A stretch of DNA of 63,804 bases, the filler included. It is 9 parts of 9 records of this genome, joined end to end, with 100 filler letters (N's around TTAATTAATTAA, not from the genome) between each part and the next. Parts side by side here need not be neighbours in the genome. Positions count along the whole stretch, not along the records: positions 26,647 to 35,843 come from SRR31147125_42255; positions 35,944 to 41,147 come from SRR31147125_42291; 7 more parts are not named here. The stretch is one strand, 5' to 3'. Under the pieces are notes generated by a model. It had not been told where the DNA came from. It made no database searches and saw only the letters and a program-made list of their open reading frames with translations. Both the position numbers and the translations under genes were made by a program. Of the stretch, positions 30,168 to 41,247 are shown piece by piece. The stretch's first letter is position 1. The number at the start of each line of letters is the position of its first letter.

Positions 30168-33100
30168 ATGAAACGTAATATTTCAACAAGTTTGTTTTTG
30201 TGCATCATTTTTGTGATGGCAATTTTTGTGTTTATTCCAACTACGGCAAACGCTGAAAGCCATGGATATTGGACATACACAGAAAATAGTGATGGAACGA
30301 CTGCTACGATAACAGGTTATACTGCATCGATTGGCAGCAGTGAGACGCTTACCATACCAGATGTTGTAGGCTCGCCAGAGCTAACAGTTACAGCAGTTTC
30401 GGATACTGCAAGGTTTGGTGAAGCAAAAGGTATTATAATTGGAGAAAATCTTACAGCTATTTCTATTGAAAGTATACGAAAAAGAGATGACTACAGCGAA
30501 TATAATCTTGATACCATCACAGTAGATTCTAACAATACAAAGTATAGAGCGGATTCGAATGTTTTGTTTGAAAAAGATGGTGATGGAAACCAAACAAAGC
30601 TTATCTGCTATCCTGCAGCTAAATCATTAAAATCATATCCAATAACTGGAAGTGCCACCTTAACAAGTATAGGAGAATATGCTTTTTATGGCGCTGATGT
30701 TTTAAATGTAACAATCCCTGATGAAATAACTGAAATTGGATTATCTGCTTTTGACAGCAGTAATATTGTGTACGCTGAATTTGGTACAGGCATTACTTCT
30801 TTTTCACATAAGCTATTCACTGTTGAAGATGATGCTAGTTTAAATTTGGTTTTGAACGGTGCTGTAACATCTATAAGCGAAGAGCTTATAAGTGCATCTT
30901 CGGATAATCAAAGCATATATATTCACGCAGTAAAAAATAGTCCAGCTCATATCTTTGCAGTAAATGAAGGGTATTGCTTCTTAAATAAAGCTGATAGCAT
31001 CGTTGATACATACTATGTTGTAGATCAACAAACAGATGCTCTTGTTGGATACTATGGCGATAGTACAACACTAACAATACCTGCTACGGTAGTACGTATT
31101 CATGCAGATTTTATAAAGTCAATGGGTAAATCTGCAACTACAATAACCATACCTGCAAGCGTAACTACAATAGATGATGAAGTTATAATGGGGTTAACTG
31201 AGCTTACAGCATTTGCTGTTAGCGGAGGAACAAACTTTGCGATTGTTGATGATGTATTATGCGATGATGCTACGACACCAACGACTATATATGCGTATCC
31301 TCAAAAGAAATCTGGAACTACATATGCTACTGCAGCAACGGTTACTACAATAGATGATTATGCTTTTTATTCAAATGATAATATAACGACATTAACATTG
31401 GATACTGCAGTTGCTAATATAGGCAAATATGCATTTGCTAACAGTAAATTAACAAGTGTTACAATGAACTCAACTACTGCAGATATGGTTATAAACGAAG
31501 GCTCATTTATGAACACTGAAATAACCAGTATCACGATACCAAATGTTGTTAAGACAATAGGTGTAAAAGCTTTTGCTGATAATAAAAATCTTGATACCAT
31601 CGATTTTGGTACAGGAGTTGCGTTTATTAGTTCGTACGCATTTGGCGGCTGTGATGATTTAGAGGCTATTAGCCTACCAAGTAGCCTTCAATTCCTTGAT
31701 GAGCACGCTTTTATAGATACAAACTCGAGCTTGACTTTTGATTTACCAAGCGGAACGTGGGTTAGCAGTGCTGACGGTGCACAATTATCAACTACTACAG
31801 GTATTCCTGTATATACAGTGAGCGGAGATGAAACAACATATACTTCTTATGCACTTATTGATTCAAGTGTATATAATAGTGGATTTATATATGACCCTAT
31901 TATAAATAAAGTTGTAAAATATGTAGGTGGTGCAACAGATGTAACAGTTCAAACTAGTTTTGATGCTGAAACTGCATCGGTTATTGCTGAGAGTGCTTTT
32001 GATGGTTCGATAATTGAAGAACTTACAGTGCCGAGTGATTTTAGCATTATACCAGATAATATGGCAAGCAACTCAAATGTAGACACAGTTATTCTTCAAG
32101 GAACAGAGTTAATAGGAGAAAGTGCTTTCCAAGGTTGTCCGCTTGCTTCTGTTTCGCTTCCAGATTCTTTGAAATATGTTGATAGAAATGCGTTTAGAGT
32201 TTATGAAATTGGCACAATAAATTCAATCTCTTTCCCAAGTGTAAGCAACTGGTATAACGATGAAGGGGAAAGTGTAACCGAGATAAATGACTTTGATAAC
32301 GACAGTTATTTCTATATTGATAATTATGCTCATTCAGTTGACTATAACTTATCAGCAGGAACTGACAATGATACGTTGAATCCTTCGATGTTTGTAAGAA
32401 ACGATGGAAAAATATACTTGAGAAACGCGTGGGACGACGATGTTTTATTTGAAGGCTGGTATACTGATCCTGGATTCGTAAGTGGAACAGAAGTATACTA
32501 CATTGATGGAGATTCATTTGTAGAGAATAGTACACTTAATATTTATCCTAACTTTGATTCTTTACCAGCGGATACTTATGCAATCACATATTATTTATAT
32601 GGTGGAAATAACAATATAGAAAATCCATTTTCATATTCAAACACTAGTGAAGATTTTGATTTGAAAGATGCGTATAAAGAAGGAAGCATATTTGACGGTT
32701 GGCATACAGATGGTGGTGCTGATATAACTACAATTACATCTGATATGGGTAATATAAATGTACATGCGCAATGGACAGATTCGTATGATATAAATTATTA
32801 TGATTTATATGACGGAGTTAATCATGCTGATAACCCAACCCAATATAATGCAAATACCGCAACAATTACTTTAAAAGATGCTACAAGGTCTGGTTATGCA
32901 TTTGGTGGCTGGTATACAAGTAGAAGCTATTCATCTAAAATAACTCAAATTGATACTTCAAATACTTACGATGTGAATTTGTTTGCTAGATGGTACACGG
33001 AGTATAATATTGATTATAACCTAGATGGTGGAACAAATAATAGTTCTAACCCTGCAAAATTCAACGCAGGAATGACAGATATAACTTTAGCTTCACCTAC

Positions 33101-34712
33101 AAAAGACGGTAAGACTTTTGATGGATGGTATACTACATCTGATTTCTCTGGATCTGCAATTGCTGTTATTGATGTGGATACTGCTAATGATGTAACACTA
33201 TATGCAAAATGGACAGATGGAAGTACAACTACTTATTCTATAACATACTACCTAAATGGTGGGACAAACAGTTCAAGTAACCCAAGTACATTTACGGCAA
33301 CGACAGATACTATTACTCTAGCGGATCCAACAAGAGATGGATATACATTTGCGGGTTGGTATACGGACTCTAACTTCGAAGAAAGCAGTAAGACAACGCA
33401 AATAGTAAGTGGAACAACAGCAGATGTAACACTTTATGCAAAATGGACGGCAGAAGCAGGTACTTACACTATTACATACTATCTAAATGGTGGAACAAAT
33501 AGTTCGAGCAACCCAAGTACATTTACGGCGACGACAGAAACTATTACTTTAGCAGACCCAACAAGAACAGGATATACATTTGCGGGCTGGTACACGGATG
33601 CTGCGTTTACTGAAGCAAACAAAGTAACTCAAATAGTAAAAGGGACTGCAGAAAATGTAGTGCTTCATGCAAAATGGACACAAGATGGGACAACTACATA
33701 TACTATTACTTATAACCTAAATGGTGGAACAAACAGTTCGAATAATCCAAGTACGTTTACAGCGTCAACAGAGACTATTACACTTGCAAGCCCTACAAAG
33801 TCAGGAAGCACCTTTGGTGGTTGGTATACAGATTCGGGCTTTACGGCTGCAAACAAAGTAACTCAAATCGCTAAAGGAACTACATCCGATATAGTGCTGT
33901 ACGCAAAATGGATAGAGTCATATACACTAACTTATAACGCTAATGGCGGCAGCGGATCTGCAAGTGTTGCTAAACCAGCAGGCACAACGTTTAACCTATA
34001 TAATGGGAGCGAGTTTAAAAGAACAGGATACGTCCTTGAAGGATGGGCAAGCTCTAGCAGTGCAACAAAGTCTGACTATTTATTGGGCGCACTTTATACC
34101 ATGCCTCAAAGTGACAAAACCCTGTATGCTGTTTGGGAAGTCGATTCTGATAAAGACGGCACTAGTGATGCTGACGAAAAAGCAGCGGGAACAGACCCAA
34201 ATGACGACGATGACAAACCAAAGACAGTTACATTAAAAGGTAAAGTTGTGGATGACGAAGGAAACCCAATTAAAGGTGCTATTGTAATATTAAACTCAAC
34301 ACCAATAACAACTACAACTAATGCTAGCGGTATATACGAATTCGACGGAGTAACACTTTCTCCTCATACGCTAACAATTACGGATAATGGTGTTACACTT
34401 GGAACATATACGCTAAACTTCACAAAGAGCAGCAAAAATGATTACAGCGTAAGTGATAGCGGTTCTACTGACAGTATAGGTGTAATTGATATTAATGTAA
34501 CGGGCGAATCTTTAATAATTGAAGTAGATATAAAGCAAAATGCTTCAGGGGAATGGCAAGTTGCCGATGTAGACCTTAATGATTCTGATGGCAACGATTT
34601 ACCTGCAACAGCAACAAATAACTATCTTCTACTGATTATTAGTTTAATTGTAATTATAGGTGCAGCTGTTGGTGTGGCGTTGTTGATTAAAAAAATGAGA
34701 AACAGTAACTAA
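30168..34712 (+). CDS. Cell-wall-anchored surface protein: BspA-type LRRs, 8 Listeria/Bacteroides (InlB B) repeats, Asp-rich Ca-binding motif, carboxypeptidase-regulatory-like domain, LPATA anchor
   Basis: Signal peptide (ANA-E), IGxxAF LRRs, Y.L.GG.N...GWY...LYAKW repeats, DSDKDGTSD..E...GTDP, LPATA + TM + KKMR. Confidence 0.92.
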   Translation: MKRNISTSLFLCIIFVMAIFVFIPTTANAESHGYWTYTENSDGTTATITGYTASIGSSETLTIPDVVGSPELTVTAVSDTARFGEAKGIIIGENLTAISIESIRKRDDYSEYNLDTITVDSNNTKYRADSNVLFEKDGDGNQTKLICYPAAKSLKSYPITGSATLTSIGEYAFYGADVLNVTIPDEITEIGLSAFDSSNIVYAEFGTGITSFSHKLFTVEDDASLNLVLNGAVTSISEELISASSDNQSIYIHAVKNSPAHIFAVNEGYCFLNKADSIVDTYYVVDQQTDALVGYYGDSTTLTIPATVVRIHADFIKSMGKSATTITIPASVTTIDDEVIMGLTELTAFAVSGGTNFAIVDDVLCDDATTPTTIYAYPQKKSGTTYATAATVTTIDDYAFYSNDNITTLTLDTAVANIGKYAFANSKLTSVTMNSTTADMVINEGSFMNTEITSITIPNVVKTIGVKAFADNKNLDTIDFGTGVAFISSYAFGGCDDLEAISLPSSLQFLDEHAFIDTNSSLTFDLPSGTWVSSADGAQLSTTTGIPVYTVSGDETTYTSYALIDSSVYNSGFIYDPIINKVVKYVGGATDVTVQTSFDAETASVIAESAFDGSIIEELTVPSDFSIIPDNMASNSNVDTVILQGTELIGESAFQGCPLASVSLPDSLKYVDRNAFRVYEIGTINSISFPSVSNWYNDEGESVTEINDFDNDSYFYIDNYAHSVDYNLSAGTDNDTLNPSMFVRNDGKIYLRNAWDDDVLFEGWYTDPGFVSGTEVYYIDGDSFVENSTLNIYPNFDSLPADTYAITYYLYGGNNNIENPFSYSNTSEDFDLKDAYKEGSIFDGWHTDGGADITTITSDMGNINVHAQWTDSYDINYYDLYDGVNHADNPTQYNANTATITLKDATRSGYAFGGWYTSRSYSSKITQIDTSNTYDVNLFARWYTEYNIDYNLDGGTNNSSNPAKFNAGMTDITLASPTKDGKTFDGWYTTSDFSGSAIAVIDVDTANDVTLYAKWTDGSTTTYSITYYLNGGTNSSSNPSTFTATTDTITLADPTRDGYTFAGWYTDSNFEESSKTTQIVSGTTADVTLYAKWTAEAGTYTITYYLNGGTNSSSNPSTFTATTETITLADPTRTGYTFAGWYTDAAFTEANKVTQIVKGTAENVVLHAKWTQDGTTTYTITYNLNGGTNSSNNPSTFTASTETITLASPTKSGSTFGGWYTDSGFTAANKVTQIAKGTTSDIVLYAKWIESYTLTYNANGGSGSASVAKPAGTTFNLYNGSEFKRTGYVLEGWASSSSATKSDYLLGALYTMPQSDKTLYAVWEVDSDKDGTSDADEKAAGTDPNDDDDKPKTVTLKGKVVDDEGNPIKGAIVILNSTPITTTTNASGIYEFDGVTLSPHTLTITDNGVTLGTYTLNFTKSSKNDYSVSDSGSTDSIGVIDINVTGESLIIEVDIKQNASGEWQVADVDLNDSDGNDLPATATNNYLLLIISLIVIIGAAVGVALLIKKMRNSN
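32334..34140 (+). repeat. Eight in-frame B-repeats (about 75-78 aa); three near-identical at DNA level (about 33230-33920, period 231-234 bp)
   Basis: CTAAATGGTGG.ACAAA.AGTTC and CCAAGTAC.TTTAC blocks recur; eight GW(Y/H/A) motifs. Confidence 0.9.
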
Positions 34713-34720
34713 GCATTTAA

Positions 34721-34743
34721 TGCCCACCATTTATTGGTGGGCA
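34721..34743 (+). terminator. Stem-loop between the surface protein and sortase genes
   Basis: TGCCCACCA-TTTAT-TGGTGGGCA perfect 9-bp stem; weak U-tract. Confidence 0.65.
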
Positions 34744-34753
34744 AATTATATAT

Positions 34754-35518
34754 ATGAATAATAGACTAAATCTTTTTAATACAAAAAATAAAAAAACTCA
34801 AAAAAACAACTTATTAATGCTTGCATTAGCAGGTGTTCTGTTTGGAATTATTATTATATTTGTTGCTGTAGGCATATATAATTTTTCTGAAATTGTTGGT
34901 GTGCAAAAAAAACAAGAAAATGATATTGAGCTTTGGCAGGAAATGAAGAATAATAAGGAGAATTCTGGTAGTGAAAATGCATCAGATAAAAACAGTGGTG
35001 ATGCTGACCTGGATGATGATACTAGTTTGAGTGATGAAGATTTAGAAGCTTTAGAAAACAAATCTCAGCAAAAGACAGAGTATGTTATTGGCGGAGATAT
35101 GGCTGGAGTTATAAAATATCAAAACGAAACTGTTATTCCTTTTTATAAAAAAGGTAGTGATGTCGATAAAGGTGCAACCATATTTAGTGATGTTGTTCCA
35201 GGACAAGAGGGCAGAACGGTTATTCTTGGGCATAGAGATCAGTCTTTTTATGATCTGAAATATTTGAAGGAAAATGACGTCATAAAATTTGAAACATTAG
35301 ATAATGAATATCAATATCAAGTAATTGATATTGATGTAGTTGACCCAGATGATATTCCGCTTTATGAAACCAATTACTCAAATATTACGCTTGTAACATG
35401 CTATCCATTTAGGTACGTTGGTACTGCACCAGAAAGATATGTAGTACAGCTTAAAAAAGATCAGCTGAAAACTAGATTTGTTTTAAGCCGTTATATCATA
35501 AGCTTTAAAAAATGCTGA
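34754..35518 (+). CDS. Class D sortase
   Basis: N-terminal TM, ILGHRD, ITLVTCYPF, APERYVV (His/Cys/Arg triad); the true end is probably about 35469 (A6 indel). Confidence 0.92.
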   Translation: MNNRLNLFNTKNKKTQKNNLLMLALAGVLFGIIIIFVAVGIYNFSEIVGVQKKQENDIELWQEMKNNKENSGSENASDKNSGDADLDDDTSLSDEDLEALENKSQQKTEYVIGGDMAGVIKYQNETVIPFYKKGSDVDKGATIFSDVVPGQEGRTVILGHRDQSFYDLKYLKENDVIKFETLDNEYQYQVIDIDVVDPDDIPLYETNYSNITLVTCYPFRYVGTAPERYVVQLKKDQLKTRFVLSRYIISFKKC

Positions 35519-35536
35519 AACTGATCAATATACTGA

Positions 35537-35843
35537 TCAGTTTTTTATGTTTTTATGCATACAGTGTAGTGCAGTTTTTTCTAGCCTAGAAACTTGTGCT
35601 TGAGAAATGCCAATTTCATTTGCAACTTCCATTTGAGTTTTTCCTTGAAAAAAACGCAAATCTATTATGCTTTTCTCTCTGTCGCTTAGTTTTTTAAGGG
35701 CCTCTTTAATTGCAAGGCCTTCAATCCAAAACTCTTCTCTATTTTTGTCATCACTTATTTGATCCAAGGTAAAGACCGAATCAGAACCATCATTAAAAAC
35801 TGGTTCAAATAAAGATACAGGGTCTTGAATTGCGTCCAAGGCA
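35537..35843 (-). CDS. sigG: Sporulation sigma factor G, C-terminal part
   Basis: ALDAIQDPVSLFEPV..DG, RFFQGKTQMEVANEIGISQAQVSRLEK. Confidence 0.95.
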
Positions 35844-35943
35844 NNNNNNNNNNNNNNNNNNNNNNNNNNNNNNNNNNNNNNNNNNNNTTAATTAATTAAN
35901 NNNNNNNNNNNNNNNNNNNNNNNNNNNNNNNNNNNNNNNNNNN
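35844..35943. other. Artificial contig spacer
   Basis: N44-TTAATTAATTAA-N44. Confidence 0.99.
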
Positions 35944-36097
35944 TCTAGTACATCCTATTTGAGTCCGAACTCTGCTAAACAAGCTATACTTAGGTGTTTT
36001 TTCAGCTATTCCAAATCCGCAAAACCATTTTACTGATGTGGTTTCTTGTATGAATCTTTCCATTTATCTATAAGACAAATCTTCCATGAACTGCAAC
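35944..36097 (-). pseudogene. Degenerate IS5/IS1182-like (DUF772-type N-terminal domain) transposase fragment
   Basis: Manual translation LQFMEDLSYR*MERFIQE, frameshift, KWFCGFGIAEKTPKYSLFSRVR resembles the LSDRE...WFCGF...TPDxS.F motif. Confidence 0.7.
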
Positions 36098-36098
36098 A

Positions 36099-36337
36099 AT
36101 AAACAAAAAAGTAATAGAAGAATACATAAAGAACCAACTACAAGATGATATTGCAGGAGACCAAATAAGTATAAAAGAATTGATAGACCCATTCACAGGG
36201 AAGAAAAACAAATAAGTAAACTAGCCACTTTAGTGGCTGAATGAGAATGTACAGCGGTTGGCAGATCTTTCGTGGCGTCTTAAGATGCAAGCAAGTACCA
36301 GCCCTTACAGGGCTTGACGGGTGGTCGTTATGATTGT
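36099..36337 (+). mobile_element. tnpA: IS200/IS605-family remnant: tnpA C-terminus plus structured right end
   Basis: 36099-36215 encodes NKKVIEEYIKNQLQDDIAGDQISIKELIDPFTGKKNK* (Y1 YIxNQ motif and the Firmicute DPFTG tail); three hairpins follow. Confidence 0.85.
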
Positions 36338-36357
36338 CAAACTTTGCTGGAAATATA

Positions 36358-36405
36358 TAGACATTACCTGTTATATTATGGTATAATAGGTAAAGTATTG
36401 TCGAA
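36358..36405 (+). promoter_or_regulatory. Sigma-A-type promoter with downstream Spo0A box
   Basis: TAGACA-18 bp-TATAAT with extended TG; TGTCGAA at 36399-36405; AAGGAG RBS before ATG 36472. Confidence 0.6.
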
Positions 36406-36471
36406 TGACAGATTATTTGCACAAGAATATAATTAAAAAATATAAAGATATATAAAATAAGGAGATTAAAA

Positions 36472-39400
36472 ATGAAGAAAATACTAGTAGTACTCTTAGT
36501 AACAGTAATTTTACTTACAACCATTAACATTACACCCGAGTTTATACAGAGTGTAAATGCTGCTGACCCAAATTTAGGTCCAAGTTATATATACTCCGAA
36601 GATGGATTATGGGTTCTTTTTAAAAAAGATGATGGTAAAATTGTCCTATATGATTATCAAGGTGACGAACAAAACGTTACCGTTCCAAGTATGATTGATG
36701 GATATTTAATAACTGAAATAGGTGACGAACATCATGAAGTATTTTATAATAAAGGAGGACAGACTTTAACATTTCATGATACTGTTAAAGTTTTTAACAA
36801 TTATGCTTTAACAGGAAATAATTTCAAAAGAATCAATATGCCTCGAAACGTTGAATTTTTAGGTATAAGATTATTTGCTAATAGCGAAAATTTAGAATAT
36901 GTTAAATTACCAGAAAATATTATAGAAATTCCTTGTATGGCTTTTAAGAATTGTAGTAGTTTGGAATATGTATATTTATCAGATAATATTGAAATAATAC
37001 GCAGCAACGCATTTCAAGATTGTATTAGCTTAAAAAGAGTAAAGTTGCCCGAAAGTGTAACTACAATTGAAAGTTGTGCCTTTGAGTGCTCTAGCTTAGA
37101 AGGTTTAGTTATTCCAGCAACAACGGTTAATATAGCGCATTATATTTGTGATCCAGATGCTGAAAATTTGACTATATACGGATATACAGGCAGTGCCGCT
37201 GAACAAAATGCAAATGAATGGGATATTAAATTTAGTCCTATTGAAGGAGCATATGCATATCTTGATCCTTTTGCCGCAGCTGAATCATCTTATCAAGTTA
37301 TTGTTCTTGATAAATCTACAAAGCTACCTATAGAAGGTGCCATAGTTAGAATTACCGCATCTTCACTAGGCACTATAATGAAAACAACTAGTAGTAGTGG
37401 TGTAGCAACATTTACACTTTCTAGCAATTTTACGGGTACATGTATCGCTGATGTATTAATCACAAAAAATGATTACTATAGATTATCAACAAAAATAATT
37501 GTTAAAAAAAATAAATTTGAAACAAAATATCTTCAACAAAATGATGGTGGTCTACATATTTTAGATTTTATTAGAGTAAGTAATGGCAATGATTTATTAC
37601 ATAAAAGAAATATTTTTTATGCAGGAGATGAAGATAATACAAGTGAACAATATATCATGCACTGTGGTGCTCCCGACAGTTCTCCTCTAGAGTATCGAAT
37701 AATGCAAAACCAAGAGATAATCGCCACCTCTACTACAGGTTCTTTTAATATAGATTTTTCTCAAATATTAATGCCAGATGAGAAAACATTTATACAAGTT
37801 GTAAACGCTGATGGTTTAGCATCTGAATGGGAAGAAACTGGCGTAACTATTTTACCTATTGTAGACAAAACTGTTGTCACAGATGAACCTGTTGATTTGA
37901 ATCTAGGATCTAAAGAGAGTGTGGACATGTCTGAATTTGGCGAGGGGTTTGAATTATTTGCCGGCAAAAAACTAACAGTAGGGTTTTCTGGTCAGTACCT
38001 ATTCAATTCCAATATAATAATGATGGTAGTTTTGATGCATATATAGGAGGAGGTATAGCTGTTGATGAAGCAAAAGATGCAATAGAAAGCTTTAAATATT
38101 TAAATAACTTGGGTAAGATAAACCCTTATTATTTTCAAGATTTTTATGAAAAAGGTTTTAAAAAACAATTCGGTGGTGATGTTTGCTATGCAGATGCCTC
38201 CGTATTAGGATACGGAAAGGGATATGTCAAAGATGGTAAAATGACTTTTGAAAGCATGAATGTGCTTTTGATATTGGAACTTGATGCTACATACACTTGG
38301 CAAATGTTTACGCCTACAATTCCACCAATACCATGGTATGTATATGTTGGTGCAGGTGCTGAATTAAGCGTAGTATTAGATGTTCTCTTTGATAACGAAA
38401 ATGATCAACATCTTGTAGGTGATCTTTCTTTAGACCTTTATTTTAGTGCTGGAGTAGGTATTGGATTTGCTCATGTGCTTGGAGTTGCAGGAGAAGGTAA
38501 AATTTATGGAAACTATAATATTGATTATGGTGACTTTGTACACCGTCTCACTGCTGGAGCCTCATTTAGTCTTAAATTCGACATAGTGTTGTTTCATGAG
38601 TCAGTTGAATTACTAGCAACAGAAAAAAAATTCTTTGATAAACCTATGCATGGGGTAAGTAGTACGGCACAGTCTAGCAGTAATAATCAAACCCTAGCAT
38701 CATCTGCTTATAATACAGACAATTTTTCTGTAAGTCAAAGAAATAATAGTTTGGTAAATTTACAATCTACAACAACATCTTATGCCGATAATATAAGTGT
38801 TGTGGAAGAAAACACGTTCCAGAATGCAATGCCTAAAATGATAAATCATAATGGCACCCCATATATCTTCTGGTTAGCTGATGATACAACTAGAAATGTT
38901 CAGGATAGGACTATGCTTGTTTACTCTAAAAAAGTTAATGGAGTATGGTCTGCACCAATAGCTATCGAAGATGATGATACTGCAGATGGATTTTTTAACG
39001 TAGCAAGTGATGAGGATGGCATTTATATTGTATGGCAAGATAGTAAAATTCAATTCCCAGCAGATTTATCTATGGAGACATTCTTTGAGCAAGCAGAAAT
39101 TAGTTTTGCATATTTAGATACAGCTACTAATGCTATAACTGTTCAAAACATCACAAGTAACACATATATGGACACAGTCCCAGCAATATGTATTTATATT
39201 GGTTTAGGCACATCTAAAAAAGGTACTGGCTATATAGCATGGATTTCTAATGATGAAAATAATATATTCTTAAATAGTGGCACTAACACTGTATATAGAG
39301 CACCCATTGATAATGGCGCTGTTGGAAATGCAGAAACAATATATACCACAACTAAACCAATAACTGAGTTAAACGCAGGTTTGATAGGTGGCGTGAAATG

Positions 39401-41147
39401 TGTTGCATTTATAGTAGATGAAGACAATAACATAGAAACCTTGGAAGATAGAGAAATATACATGAAAACAAATGGAGATGTGTATAACTTTACAAATAAT
39501 GATGTGTTCGATAGCAATGTGAAATTCGGTAATGTAGGTCGCTATAGCAATTACATGTTCTATTATTCAGATTCCAATATCTATTGTTTAAAATCATTTT
39601 ACTTTGATCCAGAGAAGATTTCTCATGAAGAAATACCAACAGATAATTTTGAAGTAATTAACGGATACGATGCTAAGGTTATATGGAGCGAACCAATAGC
39701 AAAAGACGGCGAGACATATCAAGCTATTTATGCAATGAATCATAGTTATAAATTTTCAAAAGCATATCTAATGACTGAAATTGATAGTCTAAGTACTTTA
39801 CCAACAGGTTATCATGATAGAGACAATGAACTTACTGAACTTTGTTATTTAAATCCTGCTAGTGATTATATGGATTTAATAACAGAAACACATTCTGCTA
39901 AAACTGAATTCAAAATAGTCGATGTAGCATATCCAGATATGAAGGTTACAACGATTCTTTCACATTTATACACGTACATACAGAACACCGGTTCAACTGA
40001 CATTGCTTCATATGATATCCAAATATATAGAAATAATGAACTATATTATTCTTTTTCTGATGATAAAGTCATCAAAATGTGTGGAATAGCAGCTGTTCAA
40101 ATTGGTTCGAATACTGGTTTTAATATACCTCTGGATTCAACAATTGCTGATACATATAGAGTTGAATTGACTTGTTCAGATGGAAATACTGAATATCATG
40201 ATAGTTATGAATTCAATATTGTATACCCTGACATAGAAATAGAATTAGAAAGAGGATTTGATGATGGTGACGATCTGTTAACTGTAACTGCTACTAATAA
40301 TATATTAATAGATACAGAAGGGACGTTGATTGTTAAAGAGAATAATGAAGAAGGCAAAATATTAAAAAGAATTGAGCTAGGCACTATTAATAAAGAAACT
40401 ATTACTTGTACTGTATTAAATTTATCAGAAATAATGAGTAGAACAGATGCTGATATGCTTTATGTAGTAGTTGAAAGTTCAAAAGGTGATACTGATATAA
40501 GTAATAACAATGAAAAAATATATGTTCGTGACGAAGCAAACGGCGAGGCAGGTTTCAAGCCAATAGAAGTAAGCTATGAAGCAAGTAACTGTACTAACGC
40601 AACAGCTAATGATGGGATTATAACTTTTACAGCAACATATGGAAGCGGAAACTACGAATACTCCATAGATCATGGTATAACATGGCAAACAATCAACGTT
40701 TTTAATAACTTATCATTTGGTAGTTATGAAGTAATAGTAAGAGACTTTGAAAATCAAGGTGATATGTTTATTGAAACGATATCATTAATATCTGAACCTA
40801 TACAAAGTATAACCTTAGATAATCTTGACACTGAGTATTATAACGCTGCAAGCGGCATAACACTAAGTGCAACATCAGTAGATGGTTATGGAGATGCAGG
40901 TACAGATGAGACTGTACAGTATAAGTTCTACTACAGTACGGATTCTGGCACTACATGGGTAGAATGCGCTGACTGGGATGGAAATGAAATATCATTTATT
41001 CCACCTTCAGATGGGAACTATATGTTCTATGTAGCTGGACAAGCAGTTGGTAGTACTGTAACAGTAGATTCAACATATTCAACAGTGGTTACCCTGCATT
41101 TAGGAGAAGAACCTATTCAAAGTGTAACTATAAATAATCCAGATGCT
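36472..41147 (+). CDS. Large secreted BspA-type LRR surface protein, split by a frameshift at about 37953-37990 and 3' truncated
   Basis: Signal peptide and LRRs in 36472-38046; the second frame is open from 37953 (FWSVPIQFQY...LGKINP) into 38109-41147, which has propeller-like and Ig/SprB-like segments. Confidence 0.8.
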
Positions 41148-41247
41148 NNNNNNNNNNNNNNNNNNNNNNNNNNNNNNNNNNNNNNNNNNNNTTAATTAAT
41201 TAANNNNNNNNNNNNNNNNNNNNNNNNNNNNNNNNNNNNNNNNNNNN
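41148..41247. other. Artificial contig spacer
   Basis: N44-TTAATTAATTAA-N44. Confidence 0.99.

Noticed and set aside
30004..30189. 61-aa minus-strand ORF in the pspC/surface protein intergenic region
   Set aside because: Low-complexity AT-rich translation overlapping the promoter region; no support
36216..36340. 6S RNA or riboswitch upstream of the LRR gene
   Set aside because: Directly follows a tnpA C-terminus and is better explained as an IS200/IS605 right end
37953..37990. Programmed -1 frameshift in the LRR surface protein
   Set aside because: No correctly phased X XXY YYZ heptamer or clear stimulatory structure; an indel error is more likely
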